DNA from: an uncultured Clostridia bacterium | GTDB taxonomy: Bacteria > Bacillota > Clostridia > Oscillospirales > CAG-272 | Direction of reading: 5' to 3' | Assembly: GCA_944384585.1 (NCBI GenBank) | Contig: CALWTY010000001.1 | Location: forward strand, 19,849-83,848 | DNA length: 64,000 nt | Shown: positions 53,628-62,398 of the stretch, piece after piece | Layout: the number at the start of each line of letters is the position of its first letter | How positions within the stretch are numbered: the stretch's first letter is position 1 | The notes under the pieces: model-generated | Told to the model about the DNA's origin: nothing | What the model saw: only the letters and a program-made list of their open reading frames with translations | The model's database searches: none | Translations under genes and position numbers: made by a program

Positions 53628-54815
53628 ATGACCGGCAAAACACTCGGCCTGTATTTCCATATTCCGTTCTGCCTGAGCAAGTGTCCCTACTGCGACTTCT
53701 ACTCCGGCACCGATACCGCCGCCGTCTCCCGCTACACCGACGCGCTGGTGCTTCATATGGAGGATTATGCGGCGAGCGCCGCCTCCTATGACGTCGACAC
53801 CGTCTTTTTCGGAGGCGGCACCCCGACCGTCCTGCCGCTCCCCCGCCTGCTCGACCTCATCGACGGCCTGTATGACAATTTTACGCTGCAGGAATCTGCG
53901 GAATTCACCATCGAGGCCAACCCCGCGACGATCTCGGCATCGGGCCTGCGCCGTCTCCGCCGCGCCGGCGTCAACCGGCTCAGCATGGGGCTGCAGAGCG
54001 CCGATCCGGGCGAGCTGAAGGCGCTGGGGCGCATCCACAGCTTTGAGGACTTCACTGAGAGCTTCCGCGCCGCCAGAAAAGCCGGCTTCTCCAATATCAA
54101 CATCGACCTGATGTACGGCATCCCGAACCAGACCATTGAAAGCCTGACCGAAACGCTGGAGCGGGTCTTCGCGCTCGATCCCGAGCATATCTCCCTCTAC
54201 GGCCTCCGCATCGAGGAGGGCACGCCCTTCGCGGAGCGGAAGGGGAAGCTCGCTCTGCCGGGGGAGGACGCGGAATGGGAGATGTATGCCCGCGCCGTCG
54301 AGCTGCTTGCAGAGCATGGCTGGGCGCAGTATGAAATCAGCAACTTTGCAAAGCCGGGCAGGCAGTGTCTGCACAACCTCCGCTATTGGAACTGCGAGGA
54401 ATATCTCGGCTTCGGGCCGGGGGCGCATTCCTATTTCGGCGGACGGCGCTTTGCCTACCGCCGCGATCTGGAGGCGTACATTGCCTCGCTGGAGTATCCC
54501 GGCAGCGTCCCCGATCTGCTCTCGGAGGACTATGCGCTCCGGCCTTCGGAGCGGCTGGGTGAGTATGTCATGCTTCGCATGCGCCTGACCGACGGCGTGA
54601 ACACCGACGATTTCGCCGCGCGCTTCGGCATCAGCTTCGAGAAAATGTTCGCAAAATACCTCCCGCTCTATCTCGACAACGGTTTCATGAAGCAGGAGGA
54701 TCGCCGCTACTTCTTCACCCCGAAGGGGATGTTCGTCTCCAATTATATCCTCTCCGCCATGCTGGATTTCGACAGCGATATCATCCGCGGGATCGCAGAC
54801 GGCAGCGATCGCTGA
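53628..54815 (+). CDS. hemW: radical SAM heme chaperone HemW (coproporphyrinogen III oxidase-like)
   Basis: LYFHIPFCLSKCPYCDF radical-SAM cluster motif, FFGGGTP, and a C-terminal HemN_C-like region. Confidence 0.85.
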   Translation: MTGKTLGLYFHIPFCLSKCPYCDFYSGTDTAAVSRYTDALVLHMEDYAASAASYDVDTVFFGGGTPTVLPLPRLLDLIDGLYDNFTLQESAEFTIEANPATISASGLRRLRRAGVNRLSMGLQSADPGELKALGRIHSFEDFTESFRAARKAGFSNINIDLMYGIPNQTIESLTETLERVFALDPEHISLYGLRIEEGTPFAERKGKLALPGEDAEWEMYARAVELLAEHGWAQYEISNFAKPGRQCLHNLRYWNCEEYLGFGPGAHSYFGGRRFAYRRDLEAYIASLEYPGSVPDLLSEDYALRPSERLGEYVMLRMRLTDGVNTDDFAARFGISFEKMFAKYLPLYLDNGFMKQEDRRYFFTPKGMFVSNYILSAMLDFDSDIIRGIADGSDR

Positions 54816-54902
54816 CCGACGCGACAGAAAAAGCCTCTTCTCCGAAGCTTTTTTTCGTATCTGCCGGACGCGCCTCCGCCTGGGCGCCCCCCGTTCTGCT
54901 CC

Positions 54903-55799
54903 TCACACCATCAGCGGAGAGGCAAGCAGCAGCCGTCTGATCCGCGCGTAGATGCCCTCCGCCTCCCGCAGCGGCAGCGGATTCCGTCCCAATCCGCACT
55001 CGACGGTAAAGCCCGGTCGGTCATAGGCGAGGATAAACCAATCCTTCAGCCCGCCGAAGCAGGCGGCGGGCTCCGGTCTTGCCACCCGATAGCCGCTGAG
55101 CGCCGCCATCCGTCCCGCAATGACTCTGCCGCCCGGCGGATAATATCCGTTGTAATCGGCATAGATTTCCTCCCCCTGCGTATGCAGCGCCGTCAGCATC
55201 GCGATATCCGTCGTGCGGATCAGGCCGCAGAGCGCCGCCGTTTCCGGCTCCGACTCGGGATATTCCCCCGCGTAGCGGGTCGCGCCGCCCCCGCGGATCC
55301 CCAGCGCCGCCTCCTGCGCCTTGTATTCGGCAAAGCCGGCATTATAGTTATGGTTGAGATCCACGCCCCGCCCGTTTGCCTGCCATCGGCCGAAATCCCC
55401 ACCGCTCATGGCAAGCAGGCGATCGGTCAACGGATTTTTCGGATCGCAGCCCCTGCACTGCAGCTCGATCCCGTCGGGATTGAGCATCGGAACGGCCATA
55501 ACCCGCCTCCTCCCGAAGAGCAGCGCCGCGTCGATCCCAGCGATCCGGCGGTTCTCCTCCACCGCCAGGCAATACTCCGCCAGATATCGCATGACGAGCA
55601 GCGAGGTCATCCCCTCCATGCCGTGATGCGCCCCGACCAGCAGAACGCTTCGTTCCCCCTCCCCGACGCAGAGAAGGGGAAGCTCCCGCCCTACCAGGCT
55701 TTTGCCGATGCTGCTCCCCACGACAAAGGGATACCGCTTCATCAGAAGCTCGATCTCCCGGCAGAGCCTGTCGTGCGTGTATCCGTCCGCTGCACCCAT
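54903..55799 (-). CDS. M14-family zinc carboxypeptidase (gamma-D-glutamyl-meso-diaminopimelate peptidase-like)
   Basis: VGAHHGMEG (HxxE zinc site), VDLNHNYN, and a later LHTQGE. Confidence 0.75.
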   Translation of the reverse strand: MGAADGYTHDRLCREIELLMKRYPFVVGSSIGKSLVGRELPLLCVGEGERSVLLVGAHHGMEGMTSLLVMRYLAEYCLAVEENRRIAGIDAALLFGRRRVMAVPMLNPDGIELQCRGCDPKNPLTDRLLAMSGGDFGRWQANGRGVDLNHNYNAGFAEYKAQEAALGIRGGGATRYAGEYPESEPETAALCGLIRTTDIAMLTALHTQGEEIYADYNGYYPPGGRVIAGRMAALSGYRVARPEPAACFGGLKDWFILAYDRPGFTVECGLGRNPLPLREAEGIYARIRRLLLASPLMV

Positions 55800-55899
55800 T
55801 CACCCATTCCTCCCGACCGTGTTTTCCCTTCAATATATTCCCCCTCCCCTCCCGATATGACAAAAGCCGAGCCTTACGGCCCGGCGGGGAAGGCGTCCT

Positions 55900-56673
55900 T
55901 CAGGACAGCTTATTCTGCAGACGGAGATTGTCTGCGATCATGGCGATGAACTCGGAATTGGTCGGCTTGCCGCGGTTATTCTGGATGGTATAGCCGAAAT
56001 AGGAATTGAGCGTCTCGACGTCGCCCCTGTCCCACGCCACCTCAATCGCATGGCGGATGGCGCGCTCGACGCGGGAGGAGGTGGTGGCATATTTCTTTGC
56101 CACCGACGGATAGAGGATCTTGGTCACCGAGTTGATGATATCGGAGTCCTCGATCGTGAGCATGATGGCGGTGCGCAGGTACTGATAGCCCTTGATATGC
56201 GCCGGCACGCCGATCTGATGGATCACCTTCGTGACCTGCGTCTCAAGATCCGGCTCCCTGTCGCGCAGCCCCGAACGCCGCCCGGCACAGCGGACCGCGC
56301 AGATCCTCCGGATACGCTCGTCAAGCTGTTTGTAATCGATGGGGCGGAGCATACAGAAATCCGCGCCCGCCTCCGTCGCCTCGGCAAACATCGTCTGATT
56401 GTTCACCACCGAATACACCATGAAGGCCGGTACGCCTTCGGGACGAAGATTCAGAAGCTGCGCGCCCTTGATCACCTGTACGCAGTCGAGCTTGGAGAGC
56501 CATATATCGGTCAGCACGACGTCGGGGTGGCATTGATCGATCTTATAGAGCGCATCCTCTCCGTTGACCGCCTCCTCGATCTGCTTATATCCCAGCCCCG
56601 TCAGATTCGAACGGCAGCTCCGTCTGAAATCGGCATTTTCGTCTGCAATCAGGATTTTGATGTTCTGTTCCAT
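55900..56673 (-). CDS. spo0A: sporulation master regulator Spo0A
   Basis: C-terminal Spo0A-specific domain ([17 protein letters not shown]...[15 protein letters not shown]...[14 protein letters not shown]) and an N-terminal receiver with D56. Confidence 0.95.
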   Translation of the reverse strand: MEQNIKILIADENADFRRSCRSNLTGLGYKQIEEAVNGEDALYKIDQCHPDVVLTDIWLSKLDCVQVIKGAQLLNLRPEGVPAFMVYSVVNNQTMFAEATEAGADFCMLRPIDYKQLDERIRRICAVRCAGRRSGLRDREPDLETQVTKVIHQIGVPAHIKGYQYLRTAIMLTIEDSDIINSVTKILYPSVAKKYATTSSRVERAIRHAIEVAWDRGDVETLNSYFGYTIQNNRGKPTNSEFIAMIADNLRLQNKLS

Positions 56674-56841
56674 TTTTAACCTCTCAGGTGATAGATTTTC
56701 GGTACGACAATAGAATACCATATTTTGGAAAATATTGCAATACCCGTCAGGATAAAATATTTAACAAAATTTTCCATCTGTTTTACAGCAATCTGAACAA
56801 AGGGTCGAAAACCGCCGTCGGAGGCTTTTGCCTGCCGCCGG

Positions 56842-56870
56842 GCATATCCGTCACTTTCCCCGCATACTAT
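56842..56870 (+). promoter_or_regulatory. sigma-E-like promoter upstream of spoIID
   Basis: GCATATC (56842-56848), 14-nt spacer, CATACTAT (56863-56870). Compare the B. subtilis sigma-E consensus kmATATT-N14-CATACAnT, recalled from memory. Confidence 0.45.
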
Positions 56871-56927
56871 GGCAATACCGGGGAAAACAGCGTGCGGACG
56901 GATGTCCGCTGCGGAAAGGCGGAAAAT

Positions 56928-58094
56928 ATGGAGATCAAAATGAAGCTGTCGGTGTTTTGCTGTGCGGCAGCCTGTATGCTGACGGTGGCGGTTCCTCTGA
57001 TTTCGGAGGCAACCTACGGCGGGCGAGGCGGGGAGGCGGGAGACCGATATCCGGGCGATCATGTGATCTGCCTGCCGGCGCAGCCGCAGGAAGGCACATC
57101 CGTCATCGGAGAAGTGCCGCAGGTGACGGGACAGGACGAGCCTCCCGCAGCGCCATCCGACGGGCAGCAGCCCTCCGAGCCCGAATCGGAGCAGCAAGAC
57201 TCTTCCGACGGGGAGGACGGCGCGCTTCCGACCTATGGGGGAAGCTATCCCGTGAGGGTGCTTGACGCCAAGACCGGCAAAACTTCCGTGATGGAGCTGG
57301 AGGATTACATCACCGGTGTGGTGGCAGCCGAAATGCCCTACACCTTCAACAGCGAGGCACTGAAGGCACAGGCCGTCGCCGCCAGAAGCTACTGTCTGTA
57401 CAAGCTCCGGGGAGGCTCCGGGCATGAAGGCGCGGACGTCTGCACCAGCTATGCCCACTGCGCCGCCTTTATCTCGGAGGAGGGGCTGACCGACCGATAC
57501 GGCGAGGTGACGGCGAAGAAGGTTTTAAAGAAGATCGGGGAGGCGGTGCAGGCGACGGCGGGGCAGATTCTCACCTATCGCGGCGAGCCTGCCCTGGCGC
57601 TCTTCCACTCCCGCTCCCACGAATACACGGAGGCCTCCGTCAACGTCTGGGGAGGGGATTTACCCTATCTTGTTTCGGTCCCGACCCCGGAAGCCGACAG
57701 CGTCTCGACGGTCACCGTCACCGAGGAGGAGCTTGCCAGGCTTTTCCGCTCCGACTATGCCGTAAAGGTTTCCGCCTCCGACACGGCGACGCTGACCTCC
57801 GTAAAGAACGATACGGGACGGCAGGCATCGGTCTTCTTCGGAGGGCGGGAGCTGAAGGCGCGCAAGCTCAGAACGCTGCTCGGGCTGAAATCCTGTGATT
57901 TTGAATATGAAAAGACGGAGGAGGGCTGGGTCTTTACCGTCCACGGCTACGGACACGGCGTGGGCATGAGTCAGTACGGCGCGAATGAAATGGCCAAGAA
58001 CGGCATCGGCTACGCCGATATTCTGACACACTACTATTCCGGCGTATCGATCGAAGCGATCGATACCGTCGAATCGCTTTGGGAGTCATCCTGA
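56928..58094 (+). CDS. spoIID: stage II sporulation protein D (lytic transglycosylase)
   Basis: VVAAEMPYTFNSEALKAQAVAARSY and GHGVGMSQYGANEMA motifs, plus an N-terminal signal/TM segment. Confidence 0.9.
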   Translation: MEIKMKLSVFCCAAACMLTVAVPLISEATYGGRGGEAGDRYPGDHVICLPAQPQEGTSVIGEVPQVTGQDEPPAAPSDGQQPSEPESEQQDSSDGEDGALPTYGGSYPVRVLDAKTGKTSVMELEDYITGVVAAEMPYTFNSEALKAQAVAARSYCLYKLRGGSGHEGADVCTSYAHCAAFISEEGLTDRYGEVTAKKVLKKIGEAVQATAGQILTYRGEPALALFHSRSHEYTEASVNVWGGDLPYLVSVPTPEADSVSTVTVTEEELARLFRSDYAVKVSASDTATLTSVKNDTGRQASVFFGGRELKARKLRTLLGLKSCDFEYEKTEEGWVFTVHGYGHGVGMSQYGANEMAKNGIGYADILTHYYSGVSIEAIDTVESLWESS

Positions 58095-58209
58095 TCCGTC
58101 TGTCGGAGTGCGGTCGGTGGCGTCCTGAGCCGGGGATGCCCGATCGCTCCGCATCCGCCGCATAATCCGACCTATCGGGAAATCCTTCGCGCAAATGGCC
58201 GTTTCAAAA

Positions 58210-58250
58210 GGGAGCCGCTTGCCGGGCAAGCGGCTCCCTTTCGTTGTTTT
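58210..58250. terminator. bidirectional terminator
   Basis: GGGAGCCGCTTGCC/GGCAAGCGGCTCCC hairpin, flanked by AAAA upstream and a T-rich tract downstream. Confidence 0.75.
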
Positions 58251-58321
58251 CCCGCAGCAGACCGCATCTGCGCCTCTTGTGCCGCCTCTTCTACAGCGAT
58301 CCGCCCTGCAGCTTCCGCCGT

Positions 58322-59460
58322 TCAGTCGAGCTTCCTGTCGTACAGCAGGGCGGCGATCAGCACGACGATACAAGAGCCGGCGTTATGCACCAGCGCGCCG
58401 GTGGTCGGAGTCAGCACGCTTGCCAGCGACAGGACGATGGCGGCAAAATTGATGCACATCGACAGCGCAATGCTCCACTTGATGGTCTTGACCGTTGCGT
58501 CGGACAGACGTTTCAGATAGGGAATTCCCGCCAGATCGTCCCGCATCAGCGCAACATCGGCGGCGTCGACGGCAAGATCGCCGCCATAACCGCAGTTGGA
58601 GTGGCCAGCGCGAGGGCACAGGGGCAAAAGACCACCAGCACTGTCACCGCGGTGACGATATTGCGTGTGAAGAGATACGCGAGAACCGCTATCAGCAGCG
58701 CAACCGGCACCAGCAGACTTGCCGCGCGGTCCGTCAACCGCTGCATCGGCACCTGCTTGTTCTCCGCCTCCCGCACCATGCGGATCAGCTTGCGGAGGGA
58801 GCTGTCCTCCCAGACTCTTGTCGCTGAGATATCGATCGAGGCGAAGCGGTTGATCGTGCCGCAGAAGACCTCCTCTCCGACGCCCTTATCGACCGGCAGC
58901 GATTCCCCCGTCATCACCGACTGATCGACGGAGGTCTCCCCGCTGACGATCCTTCCGTCTGCCGGAATGCTTTCCCCCGGCAGAACCCGCAGCAGATCTC
59001 CCACCCCGATCTCATCGGCGGAGATCATCTCCTCCCGTCCGTCCCGCAGCCGGCGCGCCTTGGCCGGCGCAAGCTCTATCAGCTTCCGAAGCCCTTTTTT
59101 GGCACGATTGGCGGTCGCGTCCTCCAGCAGTGCGCCGATCGCCATGATGAAGGCAACCTCTCCCGCCGCAAAAAGATCCCCGATGGCGATCGCGGCGACC
59201 ATCGCAAGTCAGATCAGCAGCGCCGAGGAGATCTTGCTGATACCCGGATTGACAATCACCCGCCTGATCGCCGGATACAACAGGGGAAGTCCGCTGATAA
59301 CAATCGTCACACATGCGGGATCGAAGGGAAGGAAGGAGAGATACTCCCCCTCCCCGCCGAACTCCTCCGCCAGATGGGGGATCAGATCGAGCAGCAGAAA
59401 CACCCCCGCCACAATCGTCATCTGCAGTCCCGCCAGAAAATCGTTCACTTTTTTGATCAT
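58322..59460 (-). pseudogene. heavy-metal translocating P-type ATPase, disrupted (in-frame TGA plus internal deletion/frameshift removing the phosphorylation and nucleotide domains)
   Basis: There are three ORF fragments. 59209..59460 holds the N-terminal TM region. 59202..58546 holds the actuator domain (TGES) and the CPC helix (CPCALALATPTAV). 58627..58322 holds the hinge tail GDLAVDAADVALM plus the last TM helices. No DKTGT segment is present anywhere. Confidence 0.8.
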
Positions 59461-59498
59461 TCTACACTCCGTTCCGCACGGCCTCCCTCATTTTCCTC

Positions 59499-59565
59499 TT
59501 GACAACGCATCGGGTTTGCCGTACAATAAATATGATAGAGAACACTTTGTTCTCTTTTATTGTAT
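59499..59565 (+). promoter_or_regulatory. promoter plus palindromic operator upstream of the TetR gene
   Basis: TTGACA (59499-59504), 17-nt spacer, TACAAT (59522-59527). Inverted repeat AGAGAACA-ctt-TGTTCTCT (59537-59555), nested in an outer TACAATAAA/TTTATTGTA repeat. Confidence 0.6.
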
Positions 59566-59647
59566 CATCCGCCGCAAAAAAATCAACAGGCAATCGGGGG
59601 AAGATGTTTGCTGCCGAACATTCAAAAAAACTGTACGGGAGGCCGAT

Positions 59648-60208
59648 ATGGACAGAAGGCAGAAAAAAACGAGGGCAGCCGTTTTTGCGGCATTCAGCGC
59701 CCTGCTTGCAGAAAAAAGCTACAGTAAAATCACGGTGCAGGAGATCATCGACGCCGCCGATGTGGGTCGGACGACCTTCTACGCTCATTTTGAGACCAAG
59801 GACGAGCTGCTGAAGGCGCTCTGTGAGGAGCTGTTCGGCCATATTGTCGACAGCGCTCTCGACGCCTCCAACACCCACGGGCTCTATTCCGACGGAAGCC
59901 GACCGGTTTCGGTCTTCTGCCAGCTTCTCCGTCATCTCCGCGAGAACGAGAACAATATCCTGAGCCTGCTGTCCTGCGAAAGCAGCGAGCTGTTCCTTCG
60001 CTATTTCAAGGACAGCCTGAACCGGCTGGTGGAATCGCAGCTGATCGGGCAAAGCCGCCATACCGCCGACGTCCCGCAGGATTTTCTCGTCAATCATATC
60101 TCCGGCAGCTTTGTGGAGATGGTGCTGTGGTGGCTCAGAGGCAAACGAAAGCAGTCGCCGGAAGAGCTGGATCGCTGCTTCCGCGCCGTGATCGAGCCGA
60201 TCCTCTGA
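59648..60208 (+). CDS. TetR/AcrR-family transcriptional regulator
   Basis: N-terminal HTH SYSKITVQEIIDAADVGRTTFYAHFETKDELL. GGGAGG SD upstream. Confidence 0.85.
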   Translation: MDRRQKKTRAAVFAAFSALLAEKSYSKITVQEIIDAADVGRTTFYAHFETKDELLKALCEELFGHIVDSALDASNTHGLYSDGSRPVSVFCQLLRHLRENENNILSLLSCESSELFLRYFKDSLNRLVESQLIGQSRHTADVPQDFLVNHISGSFVEMVLWWLRGKRKQSPEELDRCFRAVIEPIL

Positions 60209-60318
60209 TCGGCTTGGGAAGGCGGACCGTTGGGTCCGACGGCTGCAGAAACGGCCGCGGCATTGACTGCGGCATCGGCTGCCTCATACGCCGGCGCACG
60301 GTATCCGGGCACGGAAAA

Positions 60319-60352
60319 CCCCCGAGCCCCTTCTTACGAGGGGCTCGGGGGG
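60319..60352 (-). terminator. hairpin terminator with U-run on the minus strand (for the sanA-like gene)
   Basis: CCCCCGAGCCCC-ttcttacga-GGGGCTCGGGGG. The A-run on the + side becomes TTTT on the minus strand. Confidence 0.6.
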
Positions 60353-60388
60353 TACACGTCGGCATGAGGAGGCGTCATCAGGAAGGGT

Positions 60389-60422
60389 GCGGGGCAGACA
60401 AGCAGCCCCGCCCTCTTTTTTT
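60389..60422 (+). terminator. rho-independent terminator on the plus strand (for the TetR gene)
   Basis: GCGGGGC-agacaagca-GCCCCGC followed by cctcTTTTTTT. Confidence 0.65.
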
Positions 60423-60436
60423 CCGTCCTCTCCGCT

Positions 60437-61123
60437 TCAGGGCAGCGGCTTCCAGACCGACAATCCCATTTCGGCTTCGGCGGAAACCATACAGAACAGC
60501 ATATCCTTGACTCTGGCGGCAGCCTCCCGCAGCTCCCGCTGCCATTGTCCCCGATAGGACCGCGCGTCAGCCGCCACGCCGTATGCCTCAACGCCAAGCT
60601 GCTCTGCGATATAAAGCGCCCGATAAAGATGATATTCCTGCGTCACAACGACGATTTTGCGATATCCGAGCAGCTTCTGTGCCCGATAAAGGCTGTCATA
60701 GGTCGAAAGGCCGTAGCCGTCGCAGCGGATTGCCTCCGTCGGAACGCCGCCCTCCTCCGAGACCCGCTTCATCGCGCCGACCTCATCGTAGCCCTCATAC
60801 CGGCTGTCGCCGCTGACGAGCAGAACCGGCGAAACGCCGAGCTGATAGAGCCTCACACCGCAGTCAATCCGATCCTGCAGCATGGGACTCGGTGTTCCGT
60901 CCCCCCGCACCTGGCAGCCGAGGACCAGGATCGCGTCTACCTCCGGAAGCGCCGCCGCCTCCTCCGCCGAAAGGATGCGTCCCTTCGTGCCTCCCGTCAC
61001 CGCGATATTCACCGCCGCGACCGCGATCCCTCCGAGCAGGCCGCAGAGAATCGCCGCGATCAGCAGAACCCGAAGCAGCCTGACTGCGCGGGACGGCGTT
61101 TTTTTCTTGATCTTTTGTCTCAT
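60437..61123 (-). CDS. SanA/YdcF (DUF218) family membrane protein
   Basis: N-terminal TM, then DAILVLGCQV...SPML.DR...LVSGD...YDEV..M pattern. Confidence 0.8.
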   Translation of the reverse strand: MRQKIKKKTPSRAVRLLRVLLIAAILCGLLGGIAVAAVNIAVTGGTKGRILSAEEAAALPEVDAILVLGCQVRGDGTPSPMLQDRIDCGVRLYQLGVSPVLLVSGDSRYEGYDEVGAMKRVSEEGGVPTEAIRCDGYGLSTYDSLYRAQKLLGYRKIVVVTQEYHLYRALYIAEQLGVEAYGVAADARSYRGQWQRELREAAARVKDMLFCMVSAEAEMGLSVWKPLP

Positions 61124-61234
61124 TTCCGATTCCTTTCCGTTTCTCTCCGGGCAGCAGACGCGAGGATCGTTCCGTTTTCCCGATGCGGGGATATGGCAAG
61201 CCCTCTCTTACATCGCGAAGAGCGGTCCAGGACG

Positions 61235-62362
61235 TCAGTTCAGATAGATCCTCGGCAGGCGGGGTCTTGACAGCGAGCAAAGGATCTCATAGGAAATGGT
61301 CTCGGCTTCCGCCGCGATTTCATCGACCGAAATCGCGGCGTCGCCGTCCCGCCCGATGATCGTGGCGATATCCCCCGCCTCGACCCCCGGAATATCGGTC
61401 ACATCCACCATCATCTGATCCATGCAGACCCGCCCGATAATCGGCGCGCGCTTCCCGCGGAGCAGGACGTTGCCGCAATTGGAGAGAAGCCTCGGCACTC
61501 CGTCGGCATAGCCCGCACAGAGGGTGGCGATCCGCGTGGTTCTCTCGGTCACGCAGATATGCCCGTAGCTGACGCCGGTGCCGGCAGGGACGGTCTTGAC
61601 CAGCTCCACCCTCGTCTTGAGGGAGAGCGCGGGGCGGAGGGGAATACGGCTGCGGTCGACCTCGTCGGAGGGATAGACACCGTACAGGATGATCCCCGCC
61701 CTGACCATATCAAAGGCGGCATCAAGCTCCATGATTCCGGCGCTGTTCGCCATGCAGCGCTTCCCGAACGGCACGCCGGCCGCTGCCAGGCGGTCGGTGA
61801 AGCGGACGAAGCGGGAGAGCTGCTCCAGCGCCGAGGCTTTGTCTCGCTCGTCGGCGCGGGCAAAATGGCTGAAGATCCCCTTGATCTCGATATTCTCCAG
61901 CGCCGCGACCCGTCTGACCTCCTCAAAGCCCGCCGCATCGTCGGGAAAGCCGATTCTGGTCATCCCGGTATCGACCGCGATGCAGCAGGCCGCCTTTTTT
62001 CCGACGGCGGCGGCAGACAGCGCCTCAGCCGCCCTCCGCGTGAAGACCGAGGGCATGATATCATACTCGGTCAGCTCGGGATACAGCTCCTCCTCCGTCC
62101 CGCCGAGGATCAGGATATCGTTTTCGATTCCGTTCCGCCGCAGCTCCAGCGCCTCATAGACCGAGGCAACGCCGAAGCAGGCCGCCCGATCGGAGAGCAG
62201 CGCCGCCACCTCCGCCGCGCCGTGACCGTAGGCATCCGCCTTGACCACCGCCATAACGGCGCAGCCCTTCGGAAGCATCGCCGAGATCCGTTCGAAATTG
62301 TGCAGAATCGCACCCCGATCGATCTCGATCCAGGTGCGGGTTTTCAATAATCTGTTATCCAT
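61235..62362 (-). CDS. alr: alanine racemase
   Basis: AVVKADAYGHG PLP-lysine motif and the C-terminal VSYG...GRVCMDQMMVD motif. Confidence 0.95.
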   Translation of the reverse strand: MDNRLLKTRTWIEIDRGAILHNFERISAMLPKGCAVMAVVKADAYGHGAAEVAALLSDRAACFGVASVYEALELRRNGIENDILILGGTEEELYPELTEYDIMPSVFTRRAAEALSAAAVGKKAACCIAVDTGMTRIGFPDDAAGFEEVRRVAALENIEIKGIFSHFARADERDKASALEQLSRFVRFTDRLAAAGVPFGKRCMANSAGIMELDAAFDMVRAGIILYGVYPSDEVDRSRIPLRPALSLKTRVELVKTVPAGTGVSYGHICVTERTTRIATLCAGYADGVPRLLSNCGNVLLRGKRAPIIGRVCMDQMMVDVTDIPGVEAGDIATIIGRDGDAAISVDEIAAEAETISYEILCSLSRPRLPRIYLN

Positions 62363-62398
62363 GGGGTACCCATCCGATCTGAATTCCGCAGCGGCGGA

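Noticed and set aside
53557-53680. The M50 protease N-terminus overlapping divergent hemW (ATG at 53680 vs hemW start at 53628) as a genuine divergent gene overlap.
   Set aside because: The extra 41 residues are not hydrophobic or conserved-looking, and they cover the hemW promoter and start region. An internal TTG/GTG start (53557 or 53530) is more plausible. The true start remains unresolved.
59206-59208. The in-frame TGA in the P-type ATPase as selenocysteine or programmed read-through.
   Set aside because: The position aligns with an ordinary small residue in this family (Ser would be one base change, TCA). No SECIS-like hairpin follows. The gene also carries an independent large deletion, so decay is the simpler explanation.
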